NCBI GenBank assembly: GCA_036229005.1
Contig: JAZAMN010000065.1
Location: 1 to 56,462, forward strand
DNA length: 56,462 nt
Direction: 5' to 3'
Source of the DNA: Myxococcota bacterium
GTDB taxonomy: Bacteria; Myxococcota_A; UBA796; CAJQPC01
Positions 42,040-52,325 of this stretch are shown here, in pieces (position 1 is the first letter of the stretch; each line of letters begins with the position of its first letter). The notes under the pieces are model-generated. The model searched no databases. It was not told the DNA's origin and worked only from the letters and a program-made list of their open reading frames with translations. A program made the position numbers and the translations under genes.

Positions 42040-42969
42040 ATGCTCAGGCTTGTGCTTCGCAGACCAAGCCGCAGCATAGCACTGCTGGTGTTCCTTTGGT
42101 CGGTGCCTGCGCTAGCGGCAAGAGTCTGTTCTTTCGAAGACGAGGGCCTACCACGAGCTTCAGAACGGGGGTCGGAACCCGCGACGAAAGCACATGTTTC
42201 AAGCATGCTTGTCGACTTGGCTATGCACGGTGGAGCCTTGGTCGGCTCTGGAATGGGTATTGATGTCCGTGAGGACAAGAACGTGGAGGTTGCCGAGGCG
42301 CGCCGGGTCTTTGGGAGGCTCTGGATTGCCTACAATGCAGAAGTGATTGGCGTTGATCCAACGACCGGTGTGTTGGATCCGTTTTCCACAGCTATTCTCG
42401 CCCACGAGTTTGGCCATCACGTACAGGCCCACACATTTTTCGTGGGGCCGCCTGGAGCCCATAACCGCGAATTGGCTGCTGATTGGTTCGCAGCTAGTGT
42501 GATGGCGCGAATGAAGTACACCTGGGAGGAGACTTCCTCTGCCGTTCGGCATACGTCGATACACCGAACAGGCTCACACCCGGAACGCGCGCTCCGTATG
42601 GACTACATGGCGGTCTCTTGGCTCACGACCCTTGGGCTGGTGGGGGTGCCTCCGGAGGAGGCTGTTGAATATGCCATTGCCGTTGACAAGAATCGCGTCC
42701 GGCTCGAAGAGGCTGGTACGGGTTGGCGAGAGACTGAGCCGGGCTGGGGAGACTACTGGCTGGATGAGTATAGGTGGATTGATACCCCCTACGGCCCGCA
42801 GTTCTACGCCAGGATTCGCTGCTTTCCGAGCGCGAAGAACCGCGGGCTCGAGTTTGAGCTCTACTGTGAGAGCCCGACTGGCCGTTGTAACGTGTCACCG
42901 AGAGAACTGGACTCTGGGCTGAGCCAATGGGCTGTCCGCCAACACTGCGAGGCTGATGTCGGTCGATAG
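42040..42969 (+). CDS. Secreted zinc metallopeptidase (HExxH, neutral zinc/M48-like)
   Basis: AHEFGHHVQ, ELAAD and SHP motifs, signal ending ALA. GGAGG RBS. Atypical codon usage. Confidence 0.75.
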   Translation: MLRLVLRRPSRSIALLVFLWSVPALAARVCSFEDEGLPRASERGSEPATKAHVSSMLVDLAMHGGALVGSGMGIDVREDKNVEVAEARRVFGRLWIAYNAEVIGVDPTTGVLDPFSTAILAHEFGHHVQAHTFFVGPPGAHNRELAADWFAASVMARMKYTWEETSSAVRHTSIHRTGSHPERALRMDYMAVSWLTTLGLVGVPPEEAVEYAIAVDKNRVRLEEAGTGWRETEPGWGDYWLDEYRWIDTPYGPQFYARIRCFPSAKNRGLEFELYCESPTGRCNVSPRELDSGLSQWAVRQHCEADVGR

Positions 42970-42974
42970 AGGAC

Positions 42975-44753
<1,779 letters not shown>

Positions 44754-44867
44754 GCGCACCTCCTGGGCGCTCCACTTGCTCCCCGGGGCGCGCGGGGTCA
44801 AGCCCCGGCGGTCCGCAGAGGTAGGATGCCGACACTGGTCACGACCCCCGAATCGCACAGAGGCACC

Positions 44868-45584
44868 ATGTCGGACGACACCCTCGATCCCCTGGGCGCG
44901 GTCTCGCGCAGTCAGCTCCACTTCTTCTGGATCGCCGACTGCTCGGGCTCGATGCGCATGCACGGAAAGATCCAGGCGCTCAACAACGCGATCCATGAGT
45001 GCTTGCCCGCAGCTCGGGAGGCCGCGGAGGCCAACCCCTTCGCTGAGATGGTGATGCGCGCCATCAAGTTCAGCTCGGGGGCCGCCTGGCACGTCAAGGA
45101 GCCCACCCCGGTGGACGACTTCGTGTGGCACGACCTGACCGCGATGGGGGTGACCGACCTGGCCGCCGCCCTGCGCCTGCTGCGCGAAGAGCTGACCCCC
45201 GAGAAGATGGGCCGCCGGGCCCTCCCGCCGGTGATCGTGCTGCTCTCCGACGGCGCCCCCACAGACGACTGGGAGCACGCGCTGATGGAGTTCAATGACA
45301 CGGGCTGGGGCCGCGCTGGCCGCACCGTGCGCGTGGGCATCGCCCTGGGCAAGGACGCCGACAAGGCGGTGCTCGCCAAGTTCACGGGCGCGGACGAGAC
45401 CGTGTTCGAGGCCAACAACGCCCAGCGGCTCACCGAGCTGATCAAGTGGGCCAGCGTGACCCTGTCCAAGTTCGCCAGCTCCGGGGCCTCCCAGGTTGGG
45501 GGCTCGGGGGACACCGGGATGCCTCTGCCGCCGCCGCCCCCGGTGGCTGTGGTCGCGGACGACGACGACGACGACACCTGGTAG
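44868..45584 (+). CDS. TerY-family vWA domain protein
   Basis: HFFWIADCSGSM.MHGKI..LN MIDAS, GVTD and LSDG.PTD. First gene of the triad. Confidence 0.9.
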   Translation: MSDDTLDPLGAVSRSQLHFFWIADCSGSMRMHGKIQALNNAIHECLPAAREAAEANPFAEMVMRAIKFSSGAAWHVKEPTPVDDFVWHDLTAMGVTDLAAALRLLREELTPEKMGRRALPPVIVLLSDGAPTDDWEHALMEFNDTGWGRAGRTVRVGIALGKDADKAVLAKFTGADETVFEANNAQRLTELIKWASVTLSKFASSGASQVGGSGDTGMPLPPPPPVAVVADDDDDDTW

Positions 45585-45587
45585 CAA

Positions 45588-46433
45588 GTGTCCGAGCCCG
45601 AGCTCACAGAGGAGACCGCAGATCAGCCCACCGAGCTCGGTGCGGCGACGCACGCGCCGTGGCAGGTCGCGGGCGCCTCGGTCACCGGGGCCAAGCACGT
45701 GGTCGCCGACAAGCCCTGCCAGGACGCGCTGCTGACCTTCGCGGATGAGAGCTGCGCGGTGGTCGCGGTGGCCGACGGGCACGGGGATCCGCGCCACGCC
45801 CGCTCCGACGTGGGCTCAAAGCTGGCCTGCGAGGTCGCGGTGGGCTTCATGCGCGAGCTGGCCGCTGACATCAACAGCCAGAGCCGCCACTTCAAGGAGT
45901 GGGAGCGCGAGCTGCGCCTGCGCGTGCCGCGGCACATCAGCTTCCGGTGGAACCGCGCGGTCCGGGAGCACGCCGGCCACGAGCAGCCGGACGGCGTCTG
46001 GCATCAGGACGTTGACCTCTACGGCACCACGCTGCTCGTGGTGCTCCTGACGCGTCGGTGTGTGGTGGTGTACCAGCTCGGTGATGGCGACCTGGTCCTC
46101 GTCGGTCCCCAGGGGGTGCGCTGTGCCTTCCCGCCCTCCGATGAGCTCTTCGGGACGCTGACCTGGTCGCTGGCCATGGCCAACGCGCCCGAGAAGGCGG
46201 ACCTGGTCTGCATGGACCCCCGCCAGCTCCGCCTGGTGATGGCCTGCACGGATGGGATCCGCGACGCCTTCGCCAAGAACCCCGAGGCCTTCATCGAGGT
46301 CGGCCGCTGGATGCAGCAGCGCCTGACCGACGAGTCCCTGGAAGAGGTCCAGGCCAGCCTGCCGGAGTGGCTCAGCGAGCTCTCCCGGCGGGGCAACGGG
46401 GACGACGCCACCTTGGGCCTGCTGCGGCTCTGA
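45588..46433 (+). CDS. PP2C-like protein phosphatase (TerY-P triad)
   Basis: SVTG.KH....PCQDA, VADGHG, GTTL, LGDG, CTDG and DDAT motifs. Confidence 0.92.
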   Translation: MSEPELTEETADQPTELGAATHAPWQVAGASVTGAKHVVADKPCQDALLTFADESCAVVAVADGHGDPRHARSDVGSKLACEVAVGFMRELAADINSQSRHFKEWERELRLRVPRHISFRWNRAVREHAGHEQPDGVWHQDVDLYGTTLLVVLLTRRCVVVYQLGDGDLVLVGPQGVRCAFPPSDELFGTLTWSLAMANAPEKADLVCMDPRQLRLVMACTDGIRDAFAKNPEAFIEVGRWMQQRLTDESLEEVQASLPEWLSELSRRGNGDDATLGLLRL

Positions 46434-46469
46434 ACGCCGCGCCGCCGAACGAAACGGAGAGAGCTCACC

Positions 46470-47816
46470 ATGCCGATGCTCAAGTCGGGCACCCGCCTTC
46501 GCACCCACCGCGGCCAGGACGTCCTGGTCGAGACCCTGCTGGGCGAGGGCGGCCAGGGCGAGGTCTACCGCGTGCGCGTGGACGGCAACACCTACGCGCT
46601 CAAGTGGTACCACCAGCCCCAGACCCCCCAGCAGAAGGAGTGGGCCGCCGAACAGCGCGAGGCGCTCCTGGGCTACCTGCTCAAGCAGAGCCCGCCGGAC
46701 ACCCGCTTTCTGTGGCCGCTGGGCCTGGTCGACCACCCCCGCGGGGTGACCTTTGGCTACCTGATGGACCTGATCCCGCAGGGATTCCAGGGTCTTGAGT
46801 GGCTGGTGCTGGGCAAGATGCGCCCGGTGCCCAGCTTCCGCAGCCTGTGCACCTCGGCCATCGCGCTCTCGGAGTGCTTCCGCAAGCTGCACAACATGGG
46901 CGCCTGCTACAAGGACATCAACCTGGGCGGCCCGCTGATCAACCCCCAGACCGGCGAGGTCGTGGTCTGCGACCTGGACAACGTCCGCGTCAACAAGACC
47001 CCCGGGAACATCATCTTTGTGTTCTTCGCGGCCCCGGAGCTGATCCTGGGGCAGGGGACCTGCCAGACCAACACCGACATCCACTCGCTGGCGGTGCTGC
47101 TGTTCTACATGTTCGTGCGCCACCACCCCCTGGAGGGCCGCAAGGAGCTCTCGGTCAACGTGTTCAACGAGGCCGCCCAGCGGAAGTTCTACGGCAAACA
47201 GCCGGTGTTCATCTTCAACCCCGACGACGAGAGCAACCGCCCCGTCCCGGGCATCCACGACGGCGTGATCCGCAACTGGGGGCTCTACCCCACCTTCCTC
47301 CAGAAGCGCTTCACGCGGGCCTTCACGGTGGGCCTCAAGCGGCCCGAGCTGCGCGTCCGCGAGGGGGAGTGGATGAAGGACTTCTCCCGCCTGCGCGACA
47401 GCATCTACTTCTGCTCCCACTGCGGGCAGGAGAACTTCCTGGACACCGACAAGCCCGCGGACCAGCAGTCGATCTGCTTCCGCTGCGGCAAGGACTCCGA
47501 GCTGCCCCTGGTGCTGGATCTGGGCGCCGGCAAGGTGGTCTGCCTGCACCCCGACACCAAGCTCTTCCCGCACCACCTGGGGACCGCGCTGGACTTCGGG
47601 GCCCCCGCCGCGGAGCTCGCCCGGCACCCCAGCAACCCCAACAAGTGGGGGCTGCGCAACTTGAGCCGGCGGCGCTGGACCTACAAGGGGAAGGACGGGG
47701 AGGAGAAGACCGTGGACCCCGGACGCGCCGTGCCCCTCCGCTCTGGCATGGAGCTGGACTTCGGCAAGGGAAAGGGGACGATTCGGCGTGCGCGAGGTGC
47801 GGCTGGGCAGGGCTGA
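46470..47816 (+). CDS. Ser/Thr kinase-like protein with Zn ribbon and C-terminal FHA-like beta domain (TerY-P triad)
   Basis: LGEGGQGEV, ALKWY, FLWP, DIN, CDLDN, APE, D..SLAV and HPLEG motifs. CSHC/CFRC ribbon. Confidence 0.9.
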   Translation: MPMLKSGTRLRTHRGQDVLVETLLGEGGQGEVYRVRVDGNTYALKWYHQPQTPQQKEWAAEQREALLGYLLKQSPPDTRFLWPLGLVDHPRGVTFGYLMDLIPQGFQGLEWLVLGKMRPVPSFRSLCTSAIALSECFRKLHNMGACYKDINLGGPLINPQTGEVVVCDLDNVRVNKTPGNIIFVFFAAPELILGQGTCQTNTDIHSLAVLLFYMFVRHHPLEGRKELSVNVFNEAAQRKFYGKQPVFIFNPDDESNRPVPGIHDGVIRNWGLYPTFLQKRFTRAFTVGLKRPELRVREGEWMKDFSRLRDSIYFCSHCGQENFLDTDKPADQQSICFRCGKDSELPLVLDLGAGKVVCLHPDTKLFPHHLGTALDFGAPAAELARHPSNPNKWGLRNLSRRRWTYKGKDGEEKTVDPGRAVPLRSGMELDFGKGKGTIRRARGAAGQG

Positions 47817-47844
47817 GCAGCCCTCGGACACCGGGGGCGCGGGC

Positions 47845-48936
47845 TCAGGCCTTGAGCAGCGCCTCCAGCTCGGCGACGCCATCCAATCGGTGGCTGGGCT
47901 CCGGGAGTTGGGCCGCCTTGGCGCCCTGCTCCAGCAGGGCTTGGATGTGGGCACGCTGCGCTCGGGGCCACACGCGCACGGCGGCCTCTCGGCTGTGGCG
48001 CTCGGCGACCAGGTGCTCCCCGAGCTCCAGCAGCACGACCCCGCGTACCCGCCAGGCCGCGGCGGCGCCCAGGGCCACGTAGCGCTCAGCGCGCGTGTCG
48101 CCGGTGGGGAAGGCCGCGCGGATGGCCCCGATGTCCTCGTAGGCACGCTCGAGCGCAAGGATGTGCGGGGGCAGATCCAGCCAGGCGCCCGGGCGGGTGC
48201 GCGGGCTCCCGAGTCTGCTCCTCGACAGGGCCATCAGCTCCTGCAGGGCGGGGCGGGTGCGCAGGCTGGCGGGATCCTGCTCGGGGAGGGCGGCCAGGAT
48301 GCCCCGCAGCAGGCGACGGCGGGGACCCCAGGGCGCGCCGCTGTGCTCGATGAAGCGCAGGGTCTCGGTCCAGGGCTGGTCCAGGAGGGCGCCGCGGTCG
48401 TAGCGGGAGATGGCCTCGCTGAGCACGGCCTCCGCCAGGGGGGAGCGGCCCTTGAGCTCCAGGTGGGGCAGGAGCAGGGCCAGCACGTGCTGCTCGACCA
48501 GGCCGATGTCCACCAGGCGGGAGACGCCGTGGTTGCGGGCCAGGGCCTGTTTCCAGTGGCGGCGTAGCCAGAGGGGGGCGCTCTCGTCCGGGGGCTTGGC
48601 GCTGCAGCGCTGGAAGACGGCCTTGCGGAGGGGATCGTGGTCGATCACCCAGGGCAGCAGGCGGCCCAGGGTGGGCCAGCGGAGCTCGCCGGCGTACTGG
48701 ACGGACAGGGCCAGCACGCGCTCCCGGAGCTCGGCGTTGCGCCGCTCGGTGGCGAGCTGGGGGAGGGTCTCCAGGGCCTTCTCGCGCAGGCGCACGCGGG
48801 CCAGCGCCTCGACCGGCTTGGAGAGGAGCTGCTCCCGGAAGGCGTCCACGCTGGGGCGGCTGTTGCGCAGAGGCGCCTTCTTGGGAGGCAGGGCCTCCAC
48901 GGCGCTCTGGATGCGCTCCGGGCGGGACTTGAGCAT
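47845..48936 (-). CDS. Hypothetical protein resembling a divergent EH_signature (ZorC-like) protein
   Basis: LGSPR....W, VVLLELGEHLVAE....AAVRVW and a late His match my recollection of the EH_signature pattern. Lies directly after the ZorA-like gene. Confidence 0.55.
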   Translation of the reverse strand: MLKSRPERIQSAVEALPPKKAPLRNSRPSVDAFREQLLSKPVEALARVRLREKALETLPQLATERRNAELRERVLALSVQYAGELRWPTLGRLLPWVIDHDPLRKAVFQRCSAKPPDESAPLWLRRHWKQALARNHGVSRLVDIGLVEQHVLALLLPHLELKGRSPLAEAVLSEAISRYDRGALLDQPWTETLRFIEHSGAPWGPRRRLLRGILAALPEQDPASLRTRPALQELMALSRSRLGSPRTRPGAWLDLPPHILALERAYEDIGAIRAAFPTGDTRAERYVALGAAAAWRVRGVVLLELGEHLVAERHSREAAVRVWPRAQRAHIQALLEQGAKAAQLPEPSHRLDGVAELEALLKA

Positions 48937-48952
48937 CAGGATTCACCCATGA

Positions 48953-51928
48953 TCATCGACCCTTGGCCATCAAGGTCTCAAGCCGCTCCTGAAGGTCGTC
49001 CATGGCCTCCCGCAGGCGCTCGATGGACGAGCCCATGCGCTCCACGCCCTCGCCCAGGGCCGCGTCGAAGTGCACCATGGTGCCGTCGATCGCGGTGGGC
49101 AGGCGCTTGCCGATGGTGTCCACGCCGACGCTCAGGGTGCGCTGGAGCTTGTCCATGTCGCCCATCAGGGTCTGCCACTGGGCCTGCTGCTGGGCCATCG
49201 CGTTGACGATGCCGGTGCTGGAGTCGCGCATGTGGGTGACCGCCTTGCCCTGGACGATGACCGTCTCCTTGAGGGCGCCGACCACCTGGGCGGTGTGGGT
49301 CGAGGCCTGCTCCAGCTCCTGGGCGGCGGTCTTCACAGACTGGCTGGCGGGGCCCAGGGCCTGGATGAAGCCGGTGGCCTGGCCGACCGTCTCGATGAAG
49401 TGCTGGTTGCCCTCCAGCTGCTTGTCCAGGGTGGCCTGCAGACCGTTGACCAGCTCGGCGACCTCGGAGCCGGCCTCCGCGTAGGCGCGGGAGGACTCGG
49501 AGAGCTGCCGGGCGGCGCGGACCAGGGCGCGGTTCATGCCCTCGTAGGACTGGGTGGTCTGGTCCATCTTGGGCACCAGCTCGCCCATGGCTCCGGCGGC
49601 GTGCTGGAAGGCCTGGGCGGCGGCGGCGGCGGGCTCCGCGGCGGACTGGAAGCGCCCGACGACGGTGTCCAGCGCCTGCGCGCTGCCGGTGAGGCGGTCC
49701 ACGGCGGGGGTGAAGGCGACCAAGGAGGCCTGCCACGCGGCGAGCTGCTGGCTCTGGGCGGCCGAGGCCTGCTCGATGCGGTCACCGGCCTGGCGGAGGC
49801 TGTCGGACATGGCCTCGTCGATGCCGGTGGAGATGCGCTCGATGGCCTGGGCGTGGGTGGCCTGGAGCTCGGCGACCAGGTCCTTGACCACCTTGGCGGC
49901 GTCCAGGTAGCCGTCGGTGCCGGACTGCAGGGCCTGGGCGGCGGCCTGCATGGAGCGCTCGGAGCTGGACTGGGCCTGGGCCGCGCGCTCGATGCTGGGG
50001 ACGGTCTGCTCCAGGCTCGCGGCGGCGCGCTGGAGGGCGCGTCCGGCCTCCAGGGAGGGCTCGGTGGCGGAGGCCAGGCCCTCGGAGAAGCCGCGCAGCT
50101 CCCCGGCGATGCCCTGGAGTCGGTCCACGGTGCGGGTGAAGCCGCTGGTGGCGCGCTCCCAGGAGTCCAGTCCCTGCTCCTGACGCTCGGCGAAGCGGCG
50201 GAGCTGGCCGCCGGCCTCCTTCATGGCGCCCACGAGCGCTTCGTCGAGCTGACCCTTGAGGGCGGCGCTGCTCTCGGAGGTGGCCTGCTGGAGGGCGGCG
50301 CTGCTCTGGGCGGTGGCCTTCTGGAGGGCGGCGCTGCCGTCGGCGGTGGCGGTCTGGAGGGCGGCGCTGCTCTCGGCGACGGCGGTCTGGAGGCTGGCGG
50401 TGCTCTCGGCGGTGGCCTCCTGCAAGGCCTCGCTGGAGGCGGCTACGGCCTTCTGGAGGGACTCGCTGGCCTGGGCGGTCGCCTTCTGCAGCGACGCGCT
50501 GGTCTGGGTCGCCGAGTTCTGCATCGCGGCGCTGCTGTTGACCGTGGCGCGCTGCAGCTCCAGGGCGCTGGCGCGGGCGGCTTCGTGCATCTCCTGGGCG
50601 GCGGTCGTGGCGGCGGTCATCATCTCGCGGGAGGTCTCACGCTGGGCGCCACGCAGGTCCTCGACGGTGGTCCGCAGCAGCTCCCCAGCCTCGCGGTAGG
50701 CGCTGGTTCCCTGGTTGAGGGCCTCGAGCGCCTGGGTCACCCCGCTCTGTCCTTCCTCCCAGGAGCTGCGCGCGTTCTCCAGGGCGGGGACGATGCGGGC
50801 GAGCTCCTCGCTGGCCTTGAGGCTGGTCTCGGCGGCCTGCAGGCTGGGGGCGCTGGCCTGGGAGATGGTCTGGGATTGCTTGGCCAGGCTGCGGCCGGCC
50901 TGGTCGAGCTGCTGCACCAGGTCGGTGAGTCCCGAGACGGAGTCGCGCCAGTCGCCCAGGGCGCTGCGCTGGGACAGGGACACGCGCTCCAGGGTGTCGG
51001 TGGCCCTGCGGAGGCTCTCGCCGATGGAGCCGTCCAGGCCGGCGATCACGGCCGCCGAGATGGCGCTGGGATCGAGCTGGACGGGCACCGCTTCGGCGCT
51101 GGGGGTGGGTTGGGCCTGGGGCACGCTGAGCTGGGAGAGGGCGGGAGCGAGTTCGGCCTGGAGCGCACCCCTGAATGCACCCTCCAGGCTGCTGGCGTCC
51201 AGAGCCGCGGGCTGCTTGAGGGCATCGGCGAGGGCCTGCTGTCCGCGGGTGAGCTGCTCGATCGCGGTGATGAGCTCTTCGTGGCGGGGGTCCTCGTCGG
51301 GCATGAGGTCCTCGCCTCCGGCGGCGGGGTCTCCCTTGGCGGCGCGGCCTGCGGCGGTGGCCTCCTCCAGCCAGACGATGAGGTCCCCGATGGCGCCGCG
51401 AGCGGCCCCGGTGGAGGCGGCCCCGAAGAGCCCGGCGATGGTGGCGGTGATCAGCCCCCAGGCCAGGGGGGAGGTGGCCGCAGCCAGAATGTCCTCGCTG
51501 GCGCCCGCCGCCGAGACGGCGGCTCCTGCCAGACCCCAGAGGGCCAAGAGCCAAGGGGCGTGGTCCAAGAGAGTGGGGGGCATCAGCAGAGCCCCCTTGG
51601 GCTTCCGCAGGAGATCGAGCTGGAGGACGGACGCGGGGGTGGTGCCCAACACCAAGCGCTTGTTGATGACCTCCGCGCTGCGGTGCAGGTGCTGGCAGGG
51701 GCCCTTGAGGATGGGGATCTCGCTGGCCAGGCGCTCCAGGGCCTCGACCAACTGTCGCTTGGACTTGACCGCAGGGAGCTTCCGCAGGCGGCTGCGGGCG
51801 CCCACGGCGCGGAGCATCAGCACGATGTGTTGGCTGAGCAGCAGCAGCAGGGAGAGCAGGGCCAGGCCGTTGAAGACCGCCCCAGGCCCATTGGGCAGGG
51901 GGTTCAGGCCGATCCACGCGTCGCTCAT
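48953..51928 (-). CDS. ZorA-like membrane protein: 3 N-terminal TM helices plus long alpha-helical tail
   Basis: Three hydrophobic helices in the first ~175 aa, ~800-aa Ala/Gln-rich helical tail, C-terminal FD..L...V..M...I..L.E...DL. Confidence 0.65.
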   Translation of the reverse strand: MSDAWIGLNPLPNGPGAVFNGLALLSLLLLLSQHIVLMLRAVGARSRLRKLPAVKSKRQLVEALERLASEIPILKGPCQHLHRSAEVINKRLVLGTTPASVLQLDLLRKPKGALLMPPTLLDHAPWLLALWGLAGAAVSAAGASEDILAAATSPLAWGLITATIAGLFGAASTGAARGAIGDLIVWLEEATAAGRAAKGDPAAGGEDLMPDEDPRHEELITAIEQLTRGQQALADALKQPAALDASSLEGAFRGALQAELAPALSQLSVPQAQPTPSAEAVPVQLDPSAISAAVIAGLDGSIGESLRRATDTLERVSLSQRSALGDWRDSVSGLTDLVQQLDQAGRSLAKQSQTISQASAPSLQAAETSLKASEELARIVPALENARSSWEEGQSGVTQALEALNQGTSAYREAGELLRTTVEDLRGAQRETSREMMTAATTAAQEMHEAARASALELQRATVNSSAAMQNSATQTSASLQKATAQASESLQKAVAASSEALQEATAESTASLQTAVAESSAALQTATADGSAALQKATAQSSAALQQATSESSAALKGQLDEALVGAMKEAGGQLRRFAERQEQGLDSWERATSGFTRTVDRLQGIAGELRGFSEGLASATEPSLEAGRALQRAAASLEQTVPSIERAAQAQSSSERSMQAAAQALQSGTDGYLDAAKVVKDLVAELQATHAQAIERISTGIDEAMSDSLRQAGDRIEQASAAQSQQLAAWQASLVAFTPAVDRLTGSAQALDTVVGRFQSAAEPAAAAAQAFQHAAGAMGELVPKMDQTTQSYEGMNRALVRAARQLSESSRAYAEAGSEVAELVNGLQATLDKQLEGNQHFIETVGQATGFIQALGPASQSVKTAAQELEQASTHTAQVVGALKETVIVQGKAVTHMRDSSTGIVNAMAQQQAQWQTLMGDMDKLQRTLSVGVDTIGKRLPTAIDGTMVHFDAALGEGVERMGSSIERLREAMDDLQERLETLMAKGR
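50258..50550 (-). repeat. Coding tandem repeat, ~9 x 33 bp (11-aa ATAESSAALQx)
   Basis: gagggcggcgctg recurs every 33 nt. Protein ATAQASESLQK / AVAESSAALQT / ATADGSAALQK etc. Confidence 0.85.
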
Positions 51929-51941
51929 GGGGTCTCTTCCT

Positions 51942-52325
51942 TCATCCTGTGGCCAGCACCTGGGCGATGCTGCCGTCTCGCGCCTGGATCAGGCGCGCTT
52001 CACGCTCTTGGGGGGTGTCGGCCTGGGCGGGGCCGGCTTCGACGACCTCGGCCCACAGCTCCAGCGCCCAGATGGCCCAGCGCATGGCCATGGCGCTCTG
52101 GGTGGAGAGCTCACGGGCCAGACGGTTGAGCTCCCGGCCGTCGTGGTGGAAGGACATCAAGGTGTCCACGCAGCCGCGCTCGGCGGCCTCCACCAGGACC
52201 GAGACCTCGCGCAGGTCCTCGGGGTGCAGGTCCCGGAGGAAGGCCTCCAGGCGCCGGGGGTTCTGGTGCAGGCGCGGGGCCTGGGCCAGCAGCCGCTTGA
52301 GGGTGGGGCGCAGCTCGGCGTTCAC
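51942..52325 (-). CDS. Small helical protein, stand-alone copy of the N-terminal domain of the neighbouring WD40 protein
   Basis: PRRLEAFLRDL.P...E..VLV.A...G...L...RL...L.......A.WA...WA aligns with the WD40 N-terminus. GTGA coupling. Confidence 0.75.
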   Translation of the reverse strand: MNAELRPTLKRLLAQAPRLHQNPRRLEAFLRDLHPEDLREVSVLVEAAERGCVDTLMSFHHDGRELNRLARELSTQSAMAMRWAIWALELWAEVVEAGPAQADTPQEREARLIQARDGSIAQVLATG

